A DNA stretch of 45,394 bases from an uncultured Thermoanaerobaculia bacterium (GCA_964552405.1 CAZKID010000003.1:1-45394); one strand, 5' to 3'; positions 16,248-26,244 are shown, counted from the first letter of the stretch. Notes: a model not told the origin generated them from the sequence alone. Translations and numbers: made by a program.

Positions 16248-16985
16248 TCTCTTGAACTTTGCCACGATGTAATCGCGATTCATGCGGGCGATGAAGTCCG
16301 TCGAAATACCCTTCGGACACACCGCTTCACATTCGCGGAACATCGTGCAGGAGCCGAACATCGACTCCATCGTCTCCACCATCTTGACCACCCGCGAATA
16401 GCGCTCCGGCTGTCCCTGCGGGAGCAGACCGAGGTGGGAGACCTTTGCTGCAGTAAACAGCTGGCCCGCGCCGTTGGGACACTGCGCGACGCATGCACCA
16501 CACTGGATGCACTCCGCCGCATCCATCGCCAGTTCCTGCACCGGCTTCGGAATCGGCAGCGAGTTCGCCTCGATCGCGCTTCCCGTGTTCACCGACACGA
16601 AGCCGCCCGCCTGGATGATGCGATCGAGTCCGCTGCGATCGACGATCAGATCCTTGATCACCGGAAACGCGCGCGCACGCCACGGCTCGATTACGACCTC
16701 GTCGCCATCATTGAAATGGCGCATGTGCAACTGGCACGTCGCCGTCTTGCCGATCGGACCGTGTGCGACGCCGTTGATCATCATGCCGCATGAACCGCAG
16801 ATACCTTCGCGGCAGTCGTGCTCGAAGTGGATCGGATCTTCGCCTTTCTCGATCAGTGTCTCGTTGACGACATCGAGCATCTCGAGGAACGAAGCATCGG
16901 CCGAAATGTTCTCGGCTTTGTAGGTGACGAACTTGCCGTTCTCGCTGCGAGCGGCCTGCCGCCAGACATGCAGAGTCAGATTCAT
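16242..16985 (-). CDS. sdhB: Succinate dehydrogenase/fumarate reductase iron-sulfur subunit
   Basis: Cys clusters [23 protein letters not shown] and [16 protein letters not shown] overlap with sdhA. Confidence 0.93.
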   Translation of the reverse strand: MNLTLHVWRQAARSENGKFVTYKAENISADASFLEMLDVVNETLIEKGEDPIHFEHDCREGICGSCGMMINGVAHGPIGKTATCQLHMRHFNDGDEVVIEPWRARAFPVIKDLIVDRSGLDRIIQAGGFVSVNTGSAIEANSLPIPKPVQELAMDAAECIQCGACVAQCPNGAGQLFTAAKVSHLGLLPQGQPERYSRVVKMVETMESMFGSCTMFRECEAVCPKGISTDFIARMNRDYIVAKFKRE

Positions 16986-18892
16986 TTGTAGGACCTCGTG
17001 CTCGGCTTCACTTCCTCGTAGACCAGATCCTCTTTGTGCAGGACCGGCTCGGCATCATCGCCGTTGTATTGCCACGCGGCGACGTACTGGAATTCCTTGT
17101 CGTTGCGCTGCGCCTCTCCCTCGTCCTGATACTCGACGCGGAAGTGGCCGCCGCACGACTCGTTGCGATGCAGTGCATCGAAGCACATCAATTCTGCGAG
17201 CTCGAAGTAGTCGGCAACGCGTCCCGCCTTCTCCAACGATTGATTCGGCTCCTCGCCCGCGCCGAGCACGCGCACTTCCTTCCAGTAGCGCTGCCGCAGC
17301 TCGCGAATCATCGGAATCGCCTTCTTCAACCCCTCGGCCGTGCGCGCCATGCCGCAGTATTCCCACATGATCGAGCCCAGCTCCTTGTGGAAAGAGTCGA
17401 CGCTGCGCGTTCCCTTCGCACCGAGCAGTTTGCTCATACGATCGCTCGTCTGCGCCATCGCATCCTTGAACTCCGCGCGATCGGTACTCACCTTCTTGTT
17501 CATCTGACCGGCGAGGTAATCGCCGATCGTCACCGGAAGCACGAAGTAACCGTCGGCGAGTCCCTGCATCAGAGCGCTCGCGCCAAGGCGGTTCGCGCCG
17601 TGATCGGAGAAGTTCGCCTCACCTGTGACGTACAGACCCTGTACGTTCGACATCAGGTTGTAGTCGACCCACAGTCCGCCCATCGTGTAGTGCGGCGCGG
17701 GATAGATGCGCATCGGCACCACGTACGGATCCTCGGCCGTGATGTCGTGATACATCTCGAAGAGGTTGCCGTAGCGCTCTTCGATCGTTGCGCGTCCGAG
17801 GCGCTTGATGGCATCGGCGAAATCGAGATAGACGCCGCGGCCTGAAGCGCCGACTCCGCGGCCGTCATCGCACGCTTCCTTCGCCGCACGCGAGGCGATG
17901 TCGCGCGGTGCGAGATTGCCGAACGACGGATACTTCCGCTCGAGGTAATAATCGCGCTCGCTCTCCGGAATCTCCGCGGGGCCGCGCTTGTCGCCCTCTT
18001 TCTTCGGAACCCAGATCCGTCCGTCGTTGCGCAGCGACTCCGACATCAGCGTCAGCTTCGATTGAAAATCGCCCGACTGCGGAATGCACGTCGGATGGAT
18101 CTGCGTGTAGCAGGGATTGGCGAACAGTGCTCCGCGCTTGTGTGCGCGCCAGATGGCGGTGGCGTTGCTCGCCTTCGCATTCGTCGAGAGGTAGAAGACG
18201 TTGGAGTAGCCGCCGGTGCCGAGGACGACTGCATCTGCCGCATGCGCCTGGATCTCCCCGGTGACCATGTTGCGGACGATGATGCCTTTCGCTTCGCCGC
18301 CGACGATGACGAGGTCGAGCATCTCATGGCGCGGATACATCTTCACGCGGCCGAGTGCGATCTGACGCTCGAGCGCCTGGAACGCGCCGAGCAGCAACTG
18401 CTGTCCCGTTTGACCGCGCGCGTAGAACGTGCGCGACACCTGCACGCCGCCGAACGAACGATTGTCGAGCGTGCCGCCGTACTCGCGCGCGAACGGCACA
18501 CCCTGCGCGACTGCCTGGTCGATGATGTTGACCGAGAGCTCGGCGAGGCGATGCACGTTCGATTCACGCGCACGATAGTCGCCGCCCTTGACCGTGTCGT
18601 AGAAGAGACGAAAGACCGAGTCGCCGTCATTCTGATAATTCTTCGCGGCGTTGATGCCGCCCTGCGCGGCGATCGAGTGCGCGCGGCGTGGCGAGTCGTG
18701 ATAGACGAAGCACTTCACGTTGTAGCCGAGCTCCGCCATCGTCGCCGCGGCAGCGCCGCCGGCCAGTCCCGCGCCGACGACGATCACCTTGTACTTGCGC
18801 TTGTTGGCCGGGTTCACCAGCTTGTAGTGCGATTTTGCATAGGCCCACTTCTGTGCGAGCGGACCGGGAGGAATCTTGCTGTCGAGTTCCAT
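16982..18892 (-). CDS. sdhA: Succinate dehydrogenase/fumarate reductase flavoprotein subunit
   Basis: Start [16 protein letters not shown]... FAD motif [14 protein letters not shown], plus [12 protein letters not shown] and [10 protein letters not shown]. The 930-aa ORF-track version runs through sdhC and is rejected. Confidence 0.92.
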   Translation of the reverse strand: MELDSKIPPGPLAQKWAYAKSHYKLVNPANKRKYKVIVVGAGLAGGAAAATMAELGYNVKCFVYHDSPRRAHSIAAQGGINAAKNYQNDGDSVFRLFYDTVKGGDYRARESNVHRLAELSVNIIDQAVAQGVPFAREYGGTLDNRSFGGVQVSRTFYARGQTGQQLLLGAFQALERQIALGRVKMYPRHEMLDLVIVGGEAKGIIVRNMVTGEIQAHAADAVVLGTGGYSNVFYLSTNAKASNATAIWRAHKRGALFANPCYTQIHPTCIPQSGDFQSKLTLMSESLRNDGRIWVPKKEGDKRGPAEIPESERDYYLERKYPSFGNLAPRDIASRAAKEACDDGRGVGASGRGVYLDFADAIKRLGRATIEERYGNLFEMYHDITAEDPYVVPMRIYPAPHYTMGGLWVDYNLMSNVQGLYVTGEANFSDHGANRLGASALMQGLADGYFVLPVTIGDYLAGQMNKKVSTDRAEFKDAMAQTSDRMSKLLGAKGTRSVDSFHKELGSIMWEYCGMARTAEGLKKAIPMIRELRQRYWKEVRVLGAGEEPNQSLEKAGRVADYFELAELMCFDALHRNESCGGHFRVEYQDEGEAQRNDKEFQYVAAWQYNGDDAEPVLHKEDLVYEEVKPSTRSYK

Positions 18893-18900
18893 CTTGGCGA

Positions 18901-19614
18901 TTACCTCACGATTCCCAACAGCACCGCGATCGGGAAGGAGAGATTGCCGATCGTGATCACGAGCGCGAACACGGTCGCGAAAACTCTTTTCCAGCTGTTG
19001 AATTTCGGATTGTTCAATCCGAGCGAATTGAACATGCTCCAGAGACCGTGGTAGAGGTGCAGTCCGAGAGCGAGATTCGCGACGATGTAAATCGCGCTCG
19101 CCCACCACACCTGAAAGCCGGTCACGAAGTTGTGATAGACGTCGTGCTCGATGTAGTTCGGATGCAGCGTGCCCGTCGTCAGGTGCAGCAGGTGGTAGAT
19201 GACGAACAGGAAGATGATCACGCCGCCCCAGCGCATCGTGCGCGCCGCGTAGTCGCCCTTGATGTAGTCGCGGCGGCGATACTCGATGGGACGCGCTGCC
19301 TGATTCATCAGCGTCAGCGACGTTGCAGCCCAGATGTGCAGCACAACGGCGACGATCAGCAGACTGCGCGACGCCCATAGTGCCCAGGCCTCGCCGAGCA
19401 GCGGCGAGCCCATGGTGATCAGGAACTTCGCGTAGTTGTTGTAGTGCTCTGGTCCGAAGTAGACCTTCAGGTTGCCGAACATGTGAAGGAAGATCCAGCC
19501 GAACAGGAAGACTCCCGTCAGGGCCATCACCGCCTTCTTGCCGATGGCTGTCGCCCAGAAGGACCCAAACCAGGTGCGTGAAGTTGGAGGGGTTTCGTTG
19601 AGTGCGATGCTCAC
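18901..19614 (-). CDS. sdhC: Succinate dehydrogenase cytochrome b subunit (single-subunit b558 type)
   Basis: Five predicted TM helices with conserved His residues. It lies directly upstream of sdhA. GTG start. Confidence 0.8.
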   Translation of the reverse strand: MSIALNETPPTSRTWFGSFWATAIGKKAVMALTGVFLFGWIFLHMFGNLKVYFGPEHYNNYAKFLITMGSPLLGEAWALWASRSLLIVAVVLHIWAATSLTLMNQAARPIEYRRRDYIKGDYAARTMRWGGVIIFLFVIYHLLHLTTGTLHPNYIEHDVYHNFVTGFQVWWASAIYIVANLALGLHLYHGLWSMFNSLGLNNPKFNSWKRVFATVFALVITIGNLSFPIAVLLGIVR

Positions 19615-19622
19615 GGGGGCAC

Positions 19623-19650
19623 ATCATACAAAAGATCAGGCAGCTGTCAG
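19623..19650 (-). promoter_or_regulatory. Candidate promoter for sdhCAB, possibly giving a leaderless mRNA
   Basis: Minus-strand reading: CTGACA-N16-TATGAT. The -10 box ends only 8 nt upstream of the sdhC GTG. The -35-like box lies inside the family-1 heptamer repeat. Confidence 0.35.
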
Positions 19651-19672
19651 CAGGCAGCAGACAGCAGGCTGT
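19637..19672. repeat. Family-1 heptamer block (one arm only)
   Basis: CAGGCAG CTGTCAG CAGGCAG CAGACAG CAGGCTG. Same unit as at 9111-9201 and 27808-27887. No inverted partner seen nearby. Confidence 0.7.
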
Positions 19673-19743
19673 GACAAACGTCATCTCACACTCTTGACCT
19701 TCTCCATTAGTGCGAAATCCGCGACGGCCGCATCGTATGCGGC

Positions 19744-20469
19744 ATGAGCACACTGCATCAGGTTTTCGCCGCACCTCCGCCGGCCCAGCTGGCGAATGTC
19801 ACCAAGCGCTTCGGCACGACGACCGCGCTGGACAACATCACCTTCGGCATCCAGCCCGGCGAGCTCGTCGCGCTCCTCGGTCCCAATGGCGCCGGCAAGA
19901 CCACGGCCGTTCGCCTGCTCCTCGGCCTCTGCGCGCCGGACGCCGGCGTCGCGCGCGTCTTCGGCGCCGATCCGCGCGATGCGGTGAATCGCGTTCGCAC
20001 CGGCGCAATGCTGCAGGTCGCGCGCGTTCCCGAAACGCTGCGCGTACGCGAGCACATCGAGCTCTTCTCGAGCTACTACCCCGCACCCATGGCGATCGAC
20101 GAAGTCATCGCCGCCGCCGGGCTCGAAGGCATCGAGAAGAAGCAGTTCGGCGCGCTCTCCGGCGGTCAGAAACAGCGGCTGCTCTTCGGACTCGCGATCT
20201 GCGGCAATCCCGACTTCATCGCGCTCGACGAGCCAACCGTCGGACTCGACGTCGAAGCGCGCCGCGCACTCTGGAAGCAGATTCGCGCCTTCGTCGCGCG
20301 CGGCAAGTCCGTGCTCCTGACGACGCACTATCTCGACGAAGCCGATGCCCTCGCCGACCGCGTTGCTGTGATCGATCACGGCCGCCTCGTCGCCGAAGGC
20401 TCACCTTCTGAAATCAAACATGGCGCCCGCTCGCTCGAGGATGCATTCCTCGCGTTGCTCGGCCGCTAA
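19744..20469 (+). CDS. ABC transporter ATP-binding protein
   Basis: Walker [10 protein letters not shown], signature LSGGQKQRL, Walker B FIALDEPT. Confidence 0.92.
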   Translation: MSTLHQVFAAPPPAQLANVTKRFGTTTALDNITFGIQPGELVALLGPNGAGKTTAVRLLLGLCAPDAGVARVFGADPRDAVNRVRTGAMLQVARVPETLRVREHIELFSSYYPAPMAIDEVIAAAGLEGIEKKQFGALSGGQKQRLLFGLAICGNPDFIALDEPTVGLDVEARRALWKQIRAFVARGKSVLLTTHYLDEADALADRVAVIDHGRLVAEGSPSEIKHGARSLEDAFLALLGR

Positions 20470-20479
20470 GGAGAACGAA

Positions 20480-21226
20480 ATGCTTCGCACCTATCTGCTC
20501 GAGATCAAATTCGAATTCCTCAAAGCGCTGCGCAACCCGCACTACGCCTATCCGACACTGCTGTTCCCGGTCATCTTCTATGTGTTCTTCGCCGTCGTGC
20601 TCGGACAGCAACATGGCGGCGGCATGGGAATGTCGACGTACATGCTTGCGACGTACGGAGCCTTCGGCGTGATCGCGGCTTCACTCTTCGGTTTCGGAGT
20701 CAATGTGGCCGTCGAGCGCGGGCAAGGCTGGCTGCAAGTCAAGAGGACGACACCCATGCCGATGGGCGCCTACTTCGTCGCGAAGATCGCGATGGCGATG
20801 CTGTTCAGCGTGATCATCGTGCTCGCCCTCATCACTCTCGGACTCACGATCGGCGGAGCGCAGTTGACGTTCGGCCATGCGCTGGCACTGATCGGAGTGC
20901 TCGCCACGGGCGCGATCACGTTCGGCGCACTCGGCCTCGCGATCGGCTATCACGTCGCACCGACTTCCGCTGTCCCGATCGTGAACCTCATCTATCTTCC
21001 GATGTCGTTCCTCTCGGGACTCTGGGTTCCGATCTGGGCGCTGCCGCAGGGGTTGCAGCGCGCCGCGTTCTTCCTTCCGCCGTTTCATCTCTCGCAGCTC
21101 GCGTTGAAGACATTGGGCGGAGGACGGGGACTGCCGGCGTACGTGCATGTGACCGCTCTGGCGATTGCGACGGCGTTGTTCCTTGGAGTTGCGTATCGCG
21201 GCTATAGAAAGGATGAAGTGCAGTAG
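20480..21226 (+). CDS. ABC-2 type transporter permease
   Basis: Start MLRTYLLEIKFEFLKAL after AAGGAG. Six hydrophobic segments. Follows the ATPase gene. Confidence 0.8.
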   Translation: MLRTYLLEIKFEFLKALRNPHYAYPTLLFPVIFYVFFAVVLGQQHGGGMGMSTYMLATYGAFGVIAASLFGFGVNVAVERGQGWLQVKRTTPMPMGAYFVAKIAMAMLFSVIIVLALITLGLTIGGAQLTFGHALALIGVLATGAITFGALGLAIGYHVAPTSAVPIVNLIYLPMSFLSGLWVPIWALPQGLQRAAFFLPPFHLSQLALKTLGGGRGLPAYVHVTALAIATALFLGVAYRGYRKDEVQ

Positions 21227-21281
21227 GTGGACTGCGGACGTCTCGTCCGCACGCCACTTGACGGACAATGAAGAGCACGCC

Positions 21282-22373
21282 ATGCGCCTGATCCCGAAAG
21301 ACGACAACCTTGGATGGACGCCGTACGCGTGGACCATCTATGTCACGTTCTTCCTGATCTCGCCGGGACTCTCGAAACATCCCAGCGCGGCCGACTGGCT
21401 CATCTCGATCGGCGGCACCATCGCGATTCTCGCGCTCTACTTCCGCGGACACTGGGTCCGCGGAGCGCGCGTGCTTCCGATCATCGGCGGCCTCACGCTG
21501 ATCGGCGTCGTGCTGCTTCCTCTGAATACGGCGGCCGCTGTCGCATTGATCTACGCGTCTTCATTTGCTGCGCACATCGACAACGATCGCCATGCGGCCG
21601 CGATCATCAGCGCCATCGAGATCATCCTCATCGCCGAGATCGTGATCTGCCACATCAACCCGGTTTCTTTGATCTGGGCCGTCGTCTTCGTTGCTCTGGT
21701 CGGGGCAATCGGAGTTCACTTCGAAGGCGTCGCGCGCTCGACCAAGAAACTGCGGCTCGCCCACGACGAGATCGAACATCTCGCCAAAGTGGCAGAGCGC
21801 GAGCGCATTGCACGTGATCTCCACGATCTGCTCGGACATACGCTCTCTGTCATCGTGCTCAAGTCGGAGCTCGCGTCGAAGCTCGCAGAGCGCGATCCGG
21901 AGCGCGCGCGTAACGAGATCCGCGATGTCGAGCGGATCTCGCGCGATGCACTCACGCAAGTGCGTGCCGCCGTGCGTGGCTATCGCTCAGGAGGACTGCA
22001 GGCCGAGATCGAGTCGGCGCGCGATGCCCTGGACGCAGCGAACGTGACGCTCAACTACGAGTTGCCGCCGCTGCAGATCCCGGCCGCACAAGAGGCGGTC
22101 CTCTCGCTCGCGATCCGTGAAGGCGTGACCAACATCGTCCGCCATGCGCACGCAACGGAGTGCCGCATCGCGCTCGCGCATCGCGACAACTCCTATGTCC
22201 TGACGATCGCCGACAATGGACGCGGCGGCAATGAACCTTACGGCAGCGGGCTGACCGGCATGCTGGAACGCATTGAAGAATTGCGCGGGACGTTGTCACG
22301 CGACGGCTCTCATGGCACAGTCGTCACGATCACGATGCCTGTCCAGACCTTTCAGAAAGAACGCTCGGCATGA
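21282..22373 (+). CDS. Sensor histidine kinase, HisKA_3 (DesK/LiaS-like) type
   Basis: Multi-TM N-terminus. H-box ERERIARDLHDLLGHTLS. ATPase part REGVTNIVRHA..DNGRG..GSGLTGMLERI. Confidence 0.88.
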   Translation: MRLIPKDDNLGWTPYAWTIYVTFFLISPGLSKHPSAADWLISIGGTIAILALYFRGHWVRGARVLPIIGGLTLIGVVLLPLNTAAAVALIYASSFAAHIDNDRHAAAIISAIEIILIAEIVICHINPVSLIWAVVFVALVGAIGVHFEGVARSTKKLRLAHDEIEHLAKVAERERIARDLHDLLGHTLSVIVLKSELASKLAERDPERARNEIRDVERISRDALTQVRAAVRGYRSGGLQAEIESARDALDAANVTLNYELPPLQIPAAQEAVLSLAIREGVTNIVRHAHATECRIALAHRDNSYVLTIADNGRGGNEPYGSGLTGMLERIEELRGTLSRDGSHGTVVTITMPVQTFQKERSA

Positions 22374-22963
22374 TCCGCGTCGTCATCGCCGAAGACCAGG
22401 CCATGGTCCTCGGCGCGCTCGCGGCGTTGCTCGAGATCGAAGGCGACATCGAAGTCATCGGCCGTGCACAGAATGGTGAGGAGGCACTCGCGCTCTGTCA
22501 GCGCGACAAGCCCGACGTTCTGCTGACCGACATCGAAATGCCTCGCATGACGGGACTCGAGCTCGCGGCCGCACTGCGCAAGCACACGCGCGTCATCATC
22601 CTCACGACGTTTGCACGCTCCGGATATCTGCGCCGTGCGCTCGACGCGGGCGCGTCAGGATATCTATTGAAGGACTCCCCGGCCGAGCAACTGGCCAATG
22701 CAGTCCGACGCGTCGCACAGGGAGGCCGCGTCATCGATCCTGAGCTCGCAGCCGAAGCCTGGACAGAACCCGATCCCTTGACGGATCGCGAGCGTCAGGT
22801 TCTCCGCATGGCGGGCGAAGGCGAGACGAGCGCCGCAATCGCCTCGACATTGAATCTGTCAGAAGGGACCGTGCGAAATTATCTTTCCGAGGCGATCAGC
22901 AAATTGGGAGCGGGAAATCGCGTCGAAGCGGCGCGCATTGCGCGCGAGAAGGGGTGGCTGTAA
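22370..22963 (+). CDS. Response regulator, NarL/LuxR family
   Basis: Receiver domain (VVIAEDQ.., LLTDIEMPRMTG) and a C-terminal LuxR helix-turn-helix (LTDRERQVLRMAGEGETSAAIASTLNLSEGTVRNYL). ATGA overlap with the kinase gene. Confidence 0.9.
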   Translation: MIRVVIAEDQAMVLGALAALLEIEGDIEVIGRAQNGEEALALCQRDKPDVLLTDIEMPRMTGLELAAALRKHTRVIILTTFARSGYLRRALDAGASGYLLKDSPAEQLANAVRRVAQGGRVIDPELAAEAWTEPDPLTDRERQVLRMAGEGETSAAIASTLNLSEGTVRNYLSEAISKLGAGNRVEAARIAREKGWL

Positions 22964-22966
22964 TTC

Positions 22967-23039
22967 GGGGGTGCGCGGATACGCGGGCTCGCGGTTTCGG
23001 CGGGGTGGTTGGGACCACGTGCCCGCGTGCCCGCGCAAC
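22967..23039. repeat. Family-2 GC-rich inverted repeat (octamer units), 3' of the response-regulator gene
   Basis: Left arm GGGGTGCGCGGATACGCGGGCTCGCGG. Right arm CCACGTGCCCGCGTGCCCGCGCAAC. It shares TACGCGGGCTCGCGG and GCCCGCGCAAC with the element at 34497-34566. Confidence 0.7.
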
Positions 23040-23063
23040 TTCGTAGCCAATTAAGGAGTTCTC

Positions 23064-23909
23064 ATGTTCGGTCTCCCCGTACTCGACGTCGGTATCGGCC
23101 TGCTGTTTCTCTACCTGATCTTCAGTCTCGTCTGCAGTGCAGTCCGCGAGATGCTTGCCGCGGTCACGAATGCGCGCATGCGTACGTTATCGAACGCCAT
23201 TACGAATCTTCTCGGTCAAAAGGCCGATGAGTTCTATGCGCATGGCTTGATTCAGAGTCTCCATGAGAACGGGCGCAGGCCGACGTATATCCCGTCATCG
23301 ACGTTCTCTCTCACCACTCTCGAGATTCTGGCGCCTACGCCCGCCGATGCGCCGCGCGACTTCGCCGCGATTCGAGCGGCTCTGCACAAGATTCAAAACG
23401 TTCCGTTGCGCCAGTCGATGGTTGCACTGGCCGATGCATCCGATAGTGACCTGCCAACCCTTCGTAAGAACATCGAACGCTGGTTCGAGGACTCGATGGT
23501 GCGCGCGAGCTCCTGGTACCGCCGCAAGACGCAATGGGTGCTTTTCATCATCGCACTGGTGATCGCGACGATCGCGAACGTCGACACCATTGCGATCTCC
23601 AATACGCTGTCGCAGGACGGCACGATGCGCGACGCGCTCGTGGCGCAGGCCACCGCGTATGTGAAAGCAAATCCCAATGGCCCGCCGCAGTCATTGCAGG
23701 AGACCATCGACAGTGCGCGGACACGCGGCCGGCTCGGCATCTCCCTCGGCTGGCAGGCCGCGTCGCTCAGTGAGGCACTTCAGCAGATCGGGTGGCTGAA
23801 AATCGCAGGACTCCTGCTCAGCGCGTTTGCGTTTTCGCTCGGCGCCCCATTCTGGTTCGACACGCTGAGCAAAGTCGTCACGATCCGCTCTTCGGGCGAG
23901 CGGAAGTAA
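23064..23909 (+). CDS. Hypothetical integral membrane protein (three TM segments)
   Basis: AAGGAG RBS. TM segments LDVGIGLLFLYLIFSLVCSAV, WVLFIIALVIATIANV and IAGLLLSAFAFSLGAPFWF. High GC3. I recognise no family. Confidence 0.65.
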   Translation: MFGLPVLDVGIGLLFLYLIFSLVCSAVREMLAAVTNARMRTLSNAITNLLGQKADEFYAHGLIQSLHENGRRPTYIPSSTFSLTTLEILAPTPADAPRDFAAIRAALHKIQNVPLRQSMVALADASDSDLPTLRKNIERWFEDSMVRASSWYRRKTQWVLFIIALVIATIANVDTIAISNTLSQDGTMRDALVAQATAYVKANPNGPPQSLQETIDSARTRGRLGISLGWQAASLSEALQQIGWLKIAGLLLSAFAFSLGAPFWFDTLSKVVTIRSSGERK

Positions 23910-25209
23910 GCGCCTTGCGCAGTTCGTCACGAACCCGAAAGCCGCTCTTCTGAGCGTCGCAGGTGAGCTCTTTCCGGTACGCGATCTTCGCGACATAGTC
24001 GGTCGTGGCCACTCTGTACGTCTTCGACGGATCGATCGCCGCCGGTCCGGAGACATAGCAGTACGAGTCGGTTCCCTTTCGCGACTGAATCGCTTCGTAC
24101 ATCGCTTTCAGCGCGTCCCCGTGTAATTCGCAGACGACGATGTCGTTGTCATAAGGCATCGACGCCCGAAGCGCTTCGAGAGTGAGGTTCCCTTTTTCGA
24201 GTGGCTGCCGGAAGCTGCTCGTCGTTGAGAATGCGACGTCCGCATGTGTTGCGTTGCGCATCGCCTCCAGGGTCTTCGCCGCAACCTCGTCGATGCTCAT
24301 CGAGTGGTCGAGCACTCCCAGCCGCTCGAAGAACGGCGCGTATTGAGGGTCGCGCTCCAGCTCGCGTTGCATTGCCGCGGCACGCGCTTCGATCGCCTTC
24401 GACGGCTTCATCGAGGCATCGACGGGCACCAGCGTTCCGTGAACGCCGGCGAGTTTGTGTCCATTGAACGTCAGCGTTACGCGGCTGATGTACGTCAGAT
24501 ATTGATAGGGCGCAATGAACCAGGTCGAAGTGCCGTCGATCTTCGTGAGCTCATGCTTTTCGTGGCTGTGAGTACCGAGGATGACGTCGATGCCGGGCAC
24601 AGCACGCGCGAGTTTGAAATCGTCGTTCGTATGTTCATGCCCGATTAGGACGACCGCGTCGACATGCTCCTCCTCGCGCAGGATTCTTACGACATCGCGC
24701 GCGGCAGAAATCGCTTCGCTGAAATGCAGTCCGGGCGTCTTGACGAGGGCATTGAAGTCCGGCCCCGCCACCGCGAAGACTCCGATGCGGACGCCATGAA
24801 TCTTGAAAACTTCGTAGCGCTGAAAGCCGGCCGTGTTCGCGCTCAGGACGGGATAGTGAAGCTTCGTGCGGCAATCCTGAAACCAGGAGTAACCGTAGTC
24901 AGAGTCGTGATTCCCGAAGGCCATCGCATCGACGATGCCGTTGAACCACGGCCACTCCGCGCAGCCGTATTTGTCCGACCACGCCGGCGAACCTTTATTG
25001 ACCATGTCGCCGCCACTCAGAACGAGTGCACCCCGCCGGTGCTCGCGCTCGAGATAACCGATCGCACGTGCAATGCCGCCACGGCCCGGCTGGTCCTCTG
25101 AATAGAAAGGCAGTGCATGGGAGTGATAGTCGGAGAAGTGCAGCAGCGTTACGGTCGCACCCAATGCTGAGTGCGCGATAAGCAGCGACAGAAGCAGGAA
25201 CTTGCGCAT
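23878..25209 (-). CDS. Bifunctional metallophosphatase/5'-nucleotidase (UshA-like), secreted
   Basis: Signal peptide MRKFLLLSLLIAHSALG. Metallophosphoesterase motifs (LLHFSDYHSH, SGGDMVNKG, FGNHDSDYG, IGHEH). C-terminal 5'-nucleotidase part. The 3' end overlaps the convergent gene by 32 nt. Confidence 0.88.
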   Translation of the reverse strand: MRKFLLLSLLIAHSALGATVTLLHFSDYHSHALPFYSEDQPGRGGIARAIGYLEREHRRGALVLSGGDMVNKGSPAWSDKYGCAEWPWFNGIVDAMAFGNHDSDYGYSWFQDCRTKLHYPVLSANTAGFQRYEVFKIHGVRIGVFAVAGPDFNALVKTPGLHFSEAISAARDVVRILREEEHVDAVVLIGHEHTNDDFKLARAVPGIDVILGTHSHEKHELTKIDGTSTWFIAPYQYLTYISRVTLTFNGHKLAGVHGTLVPVDASMKPSKAIEARAAAMQRELERDPQYAPFFERLGVLDHSMSIDEVAAKTLEAMRNATHADVAFSTTSSFRQPLEKGNLTLEALRASMPYDNDIVVCELHGDALKAMYEAIQSRKGTDSYCYVSGPAAIDPSKTYRVATTDYVAKIAYRKELTCDAQKSGFRVRDELRKALTSARPKSGS

Positions 25210-25236
25210 GGGTTGGCGAAGTGTATCCTGCCTTTC

Positions 25237-25545
25237 ATGCGATCCCTCCTGTTGCTCCTGACAGCGCTATCGTTGCCACTGTTTGCTGCAGAGTCGCCTG
25301 GCGCCGTCATTTACCGCACCAAGATGTGCAAGGCGTGCCACGGCGACGACGGCAGCGGCAACACCCCCGCCGGCAAGACCGTGAAGGCCAGCGATCTGCG
25401 CTCGGATGACGTACAGAAGAAGACGGATGCCGAATTGATTGCGTCAGTCACGAACGGCAAAGGAAAAATGCCATCGTTCAAGTCGTCATTGAACCAGCAG
25501 CAGGTGAAGGACGTCGTGGCGTTTGTCAGGATGCTGAAGAAGTGA
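25237..25545 (+). CDS. Class I c-type cytochrome
   Basis: Signal peptide MRSLLLLLTALSLPLFA. Heme motif CKACH. Distal ligand region GKGKMPSF. Confidence 0.88.
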   Translation: MRSLLLLLTALSLPLFAAESPGAVIYRTKMCKACHGDDGSGNTPAGKTVKASDLRSDDVQKKTDAELIASVTNGKGKMPSFKSSLNQQQVKDVVAFVRMLKK

Positions 25546-25554
25546 CTTTGTGGG

Positions 25555-25604
25555 GGACAGGCGCCCTCGCCTGTCCACCGAGCCGGCAGGCGAGGCGCCT
25601 GCCG
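25555..25604. repeat. Family-3 hairpin (GGACAGGCG-N4-CGCCTGTCC) plus a second GC hairpin, 3' of the cytochrome c gene
   Basis: A 9-bp perfect stem pairs 25555-25563 with 25568-25576. A second hairpin CGGCAGGCG-AGG-CGCCTGCCG lies at 25584-25604. The same stem sequence recurs at 35889-35910. Confidence 0.75.
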
Positions 25605-25613
25605 CTCCACTGG

Positions 25614-25642
25614 AAAAAAAAAGAGCGCACCACAGTGCGCCC
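25614..25642 (-). terminator. Intrinsic terminator for the minus-strand gene 25665..26135
   Basis: Minus-strand reading: GGGCGCAC-TGTG-GTGCGCTC followed by nine T (plus-strand A-run 25614-25622). It lies about 23 nt after the stop codon. Confidence 0.7.
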
Positions 25643-25664
25643 TTCAAATCGATCAACGGCGAAA

Positions 25665-26135
25665 CTACTTCCCGATCGCGTTCTGCATTTCCTTGATTGC
25701 TGCCTCACGGCCTTTTTCTTTAGCGATCTTGGCGTACAACGAACGGCGCGAGGACGGGATCTGGCGAACCAGTGCCAGATAGCGCCCCTGGAGCTGACGT
25801 GACGCGAGCTGTTCCTTTGTAATCGCGCGGCGGCGCGCACGCTTCGCAGGTGCTGCTGCGGCTGCAGCGGCTGGTGCGGCGGCAGCGGCAGGACGACCCG
25901 CCGGACGGCCCCGACGGCGCGGCGCAGGTGCTGCTGACGAGCTTCCTCCGCCAACCTGTTGCAGTGAGGCGAGACGGCGCTGAAGATCCGCAATCTCCTT
26001 GCCGATCTCACTGACGTAACGCTGCACGTCGTACTGTGTGACCCTGCGATCACGAATCAAACGGTCGAGAACATAGGCAGCCTGACCCGGCGACAATGAG
26101 GGATTCGCGGCGGCATTCTTCCTCGGTCTTGGCAC
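25665..26135 (-). CDS. Hypothetical basic protein with an Ala/Pro-rich, AT-hook-like centre (RRRGRPAGRP); possible DNA-binding protein
   Basis: I chose the GTG at 26135, which lies 7 nt after AGGAGG (26143-26148); the ORF-track TTG is too close to the RBS. N-terminal helical/coiled part, a low-complexity core with GRP motifs, and a Lys/Arg-rich C-terminal domain. Confidence 0.6.
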   Translation of the reverse strand: MPRPRKNAAANPSLSPGQAAYVLDRLIRDRRVTQYDVQRYVSEIGKEIADLQRRLASLQQVGGGSSSAAPAPRRRGRPAGRPAAAAAPAAAAAAAPAKRARRRAITKEQLASRQLQGRYLALVRQIPSSRRSLYAKIAKEKGREAAIKEMQNAIGK

Positions 26136-26186
26136 TTTCAATCCTCCTGTTGCGCGCGTCAGATGCGCACAAAACTGTGTGCATCA

Positions 26187-26217
26187 TAACAAAACGGGCG
26201 GCATAAGCCGCCCGTTT
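26187..26217 (-). terminator. Intrinsic terminator downstream of ahcY
   Basis: Minus-strand reading: AAACGGGCGGC-TTAT-GCCGCCCGTTT followed by TGTT. It has an 11-bp perfect stem and starts about 28 nt after the ahcY stop. Confidence 0.75.
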
Positions 26218-26244
26218 CATTGAACGCCATAATGACGTGCCAAA

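Noticed and set aside
16092-16793. 233-aa ORF beginning with repeated HSSLVTR peptide units.
   Set aside because: Its N-terminus is just the translation of the intergenic heptamer microsatellite, and the rest is antisense to sdhB.
18893-19774. N-terminal extension making sdhA 930 aa, and similar upstream extensions of relA (to 9232), pilP (to 4287), the HxlR gene (from 33772), the actin-like gene (from 36852), the kinase (from 21165) and others.
   Set aside because: The extensions overlap neighbouring genes or repeats and lack homology. Internal starts give canonical N-termini, often with an RBS or a stop/start overlap.
21227-21257. Hairpin GTGG-A-CTGCGGACG-TCT-CGTCCGCA-CG-CCAC between the ABC permease and the histidine kinase, as a terminator.
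   Set aside because: It is a short stem with no T-run inside a likely operon. It could modulate read-through, but the evidence is too thin to call.
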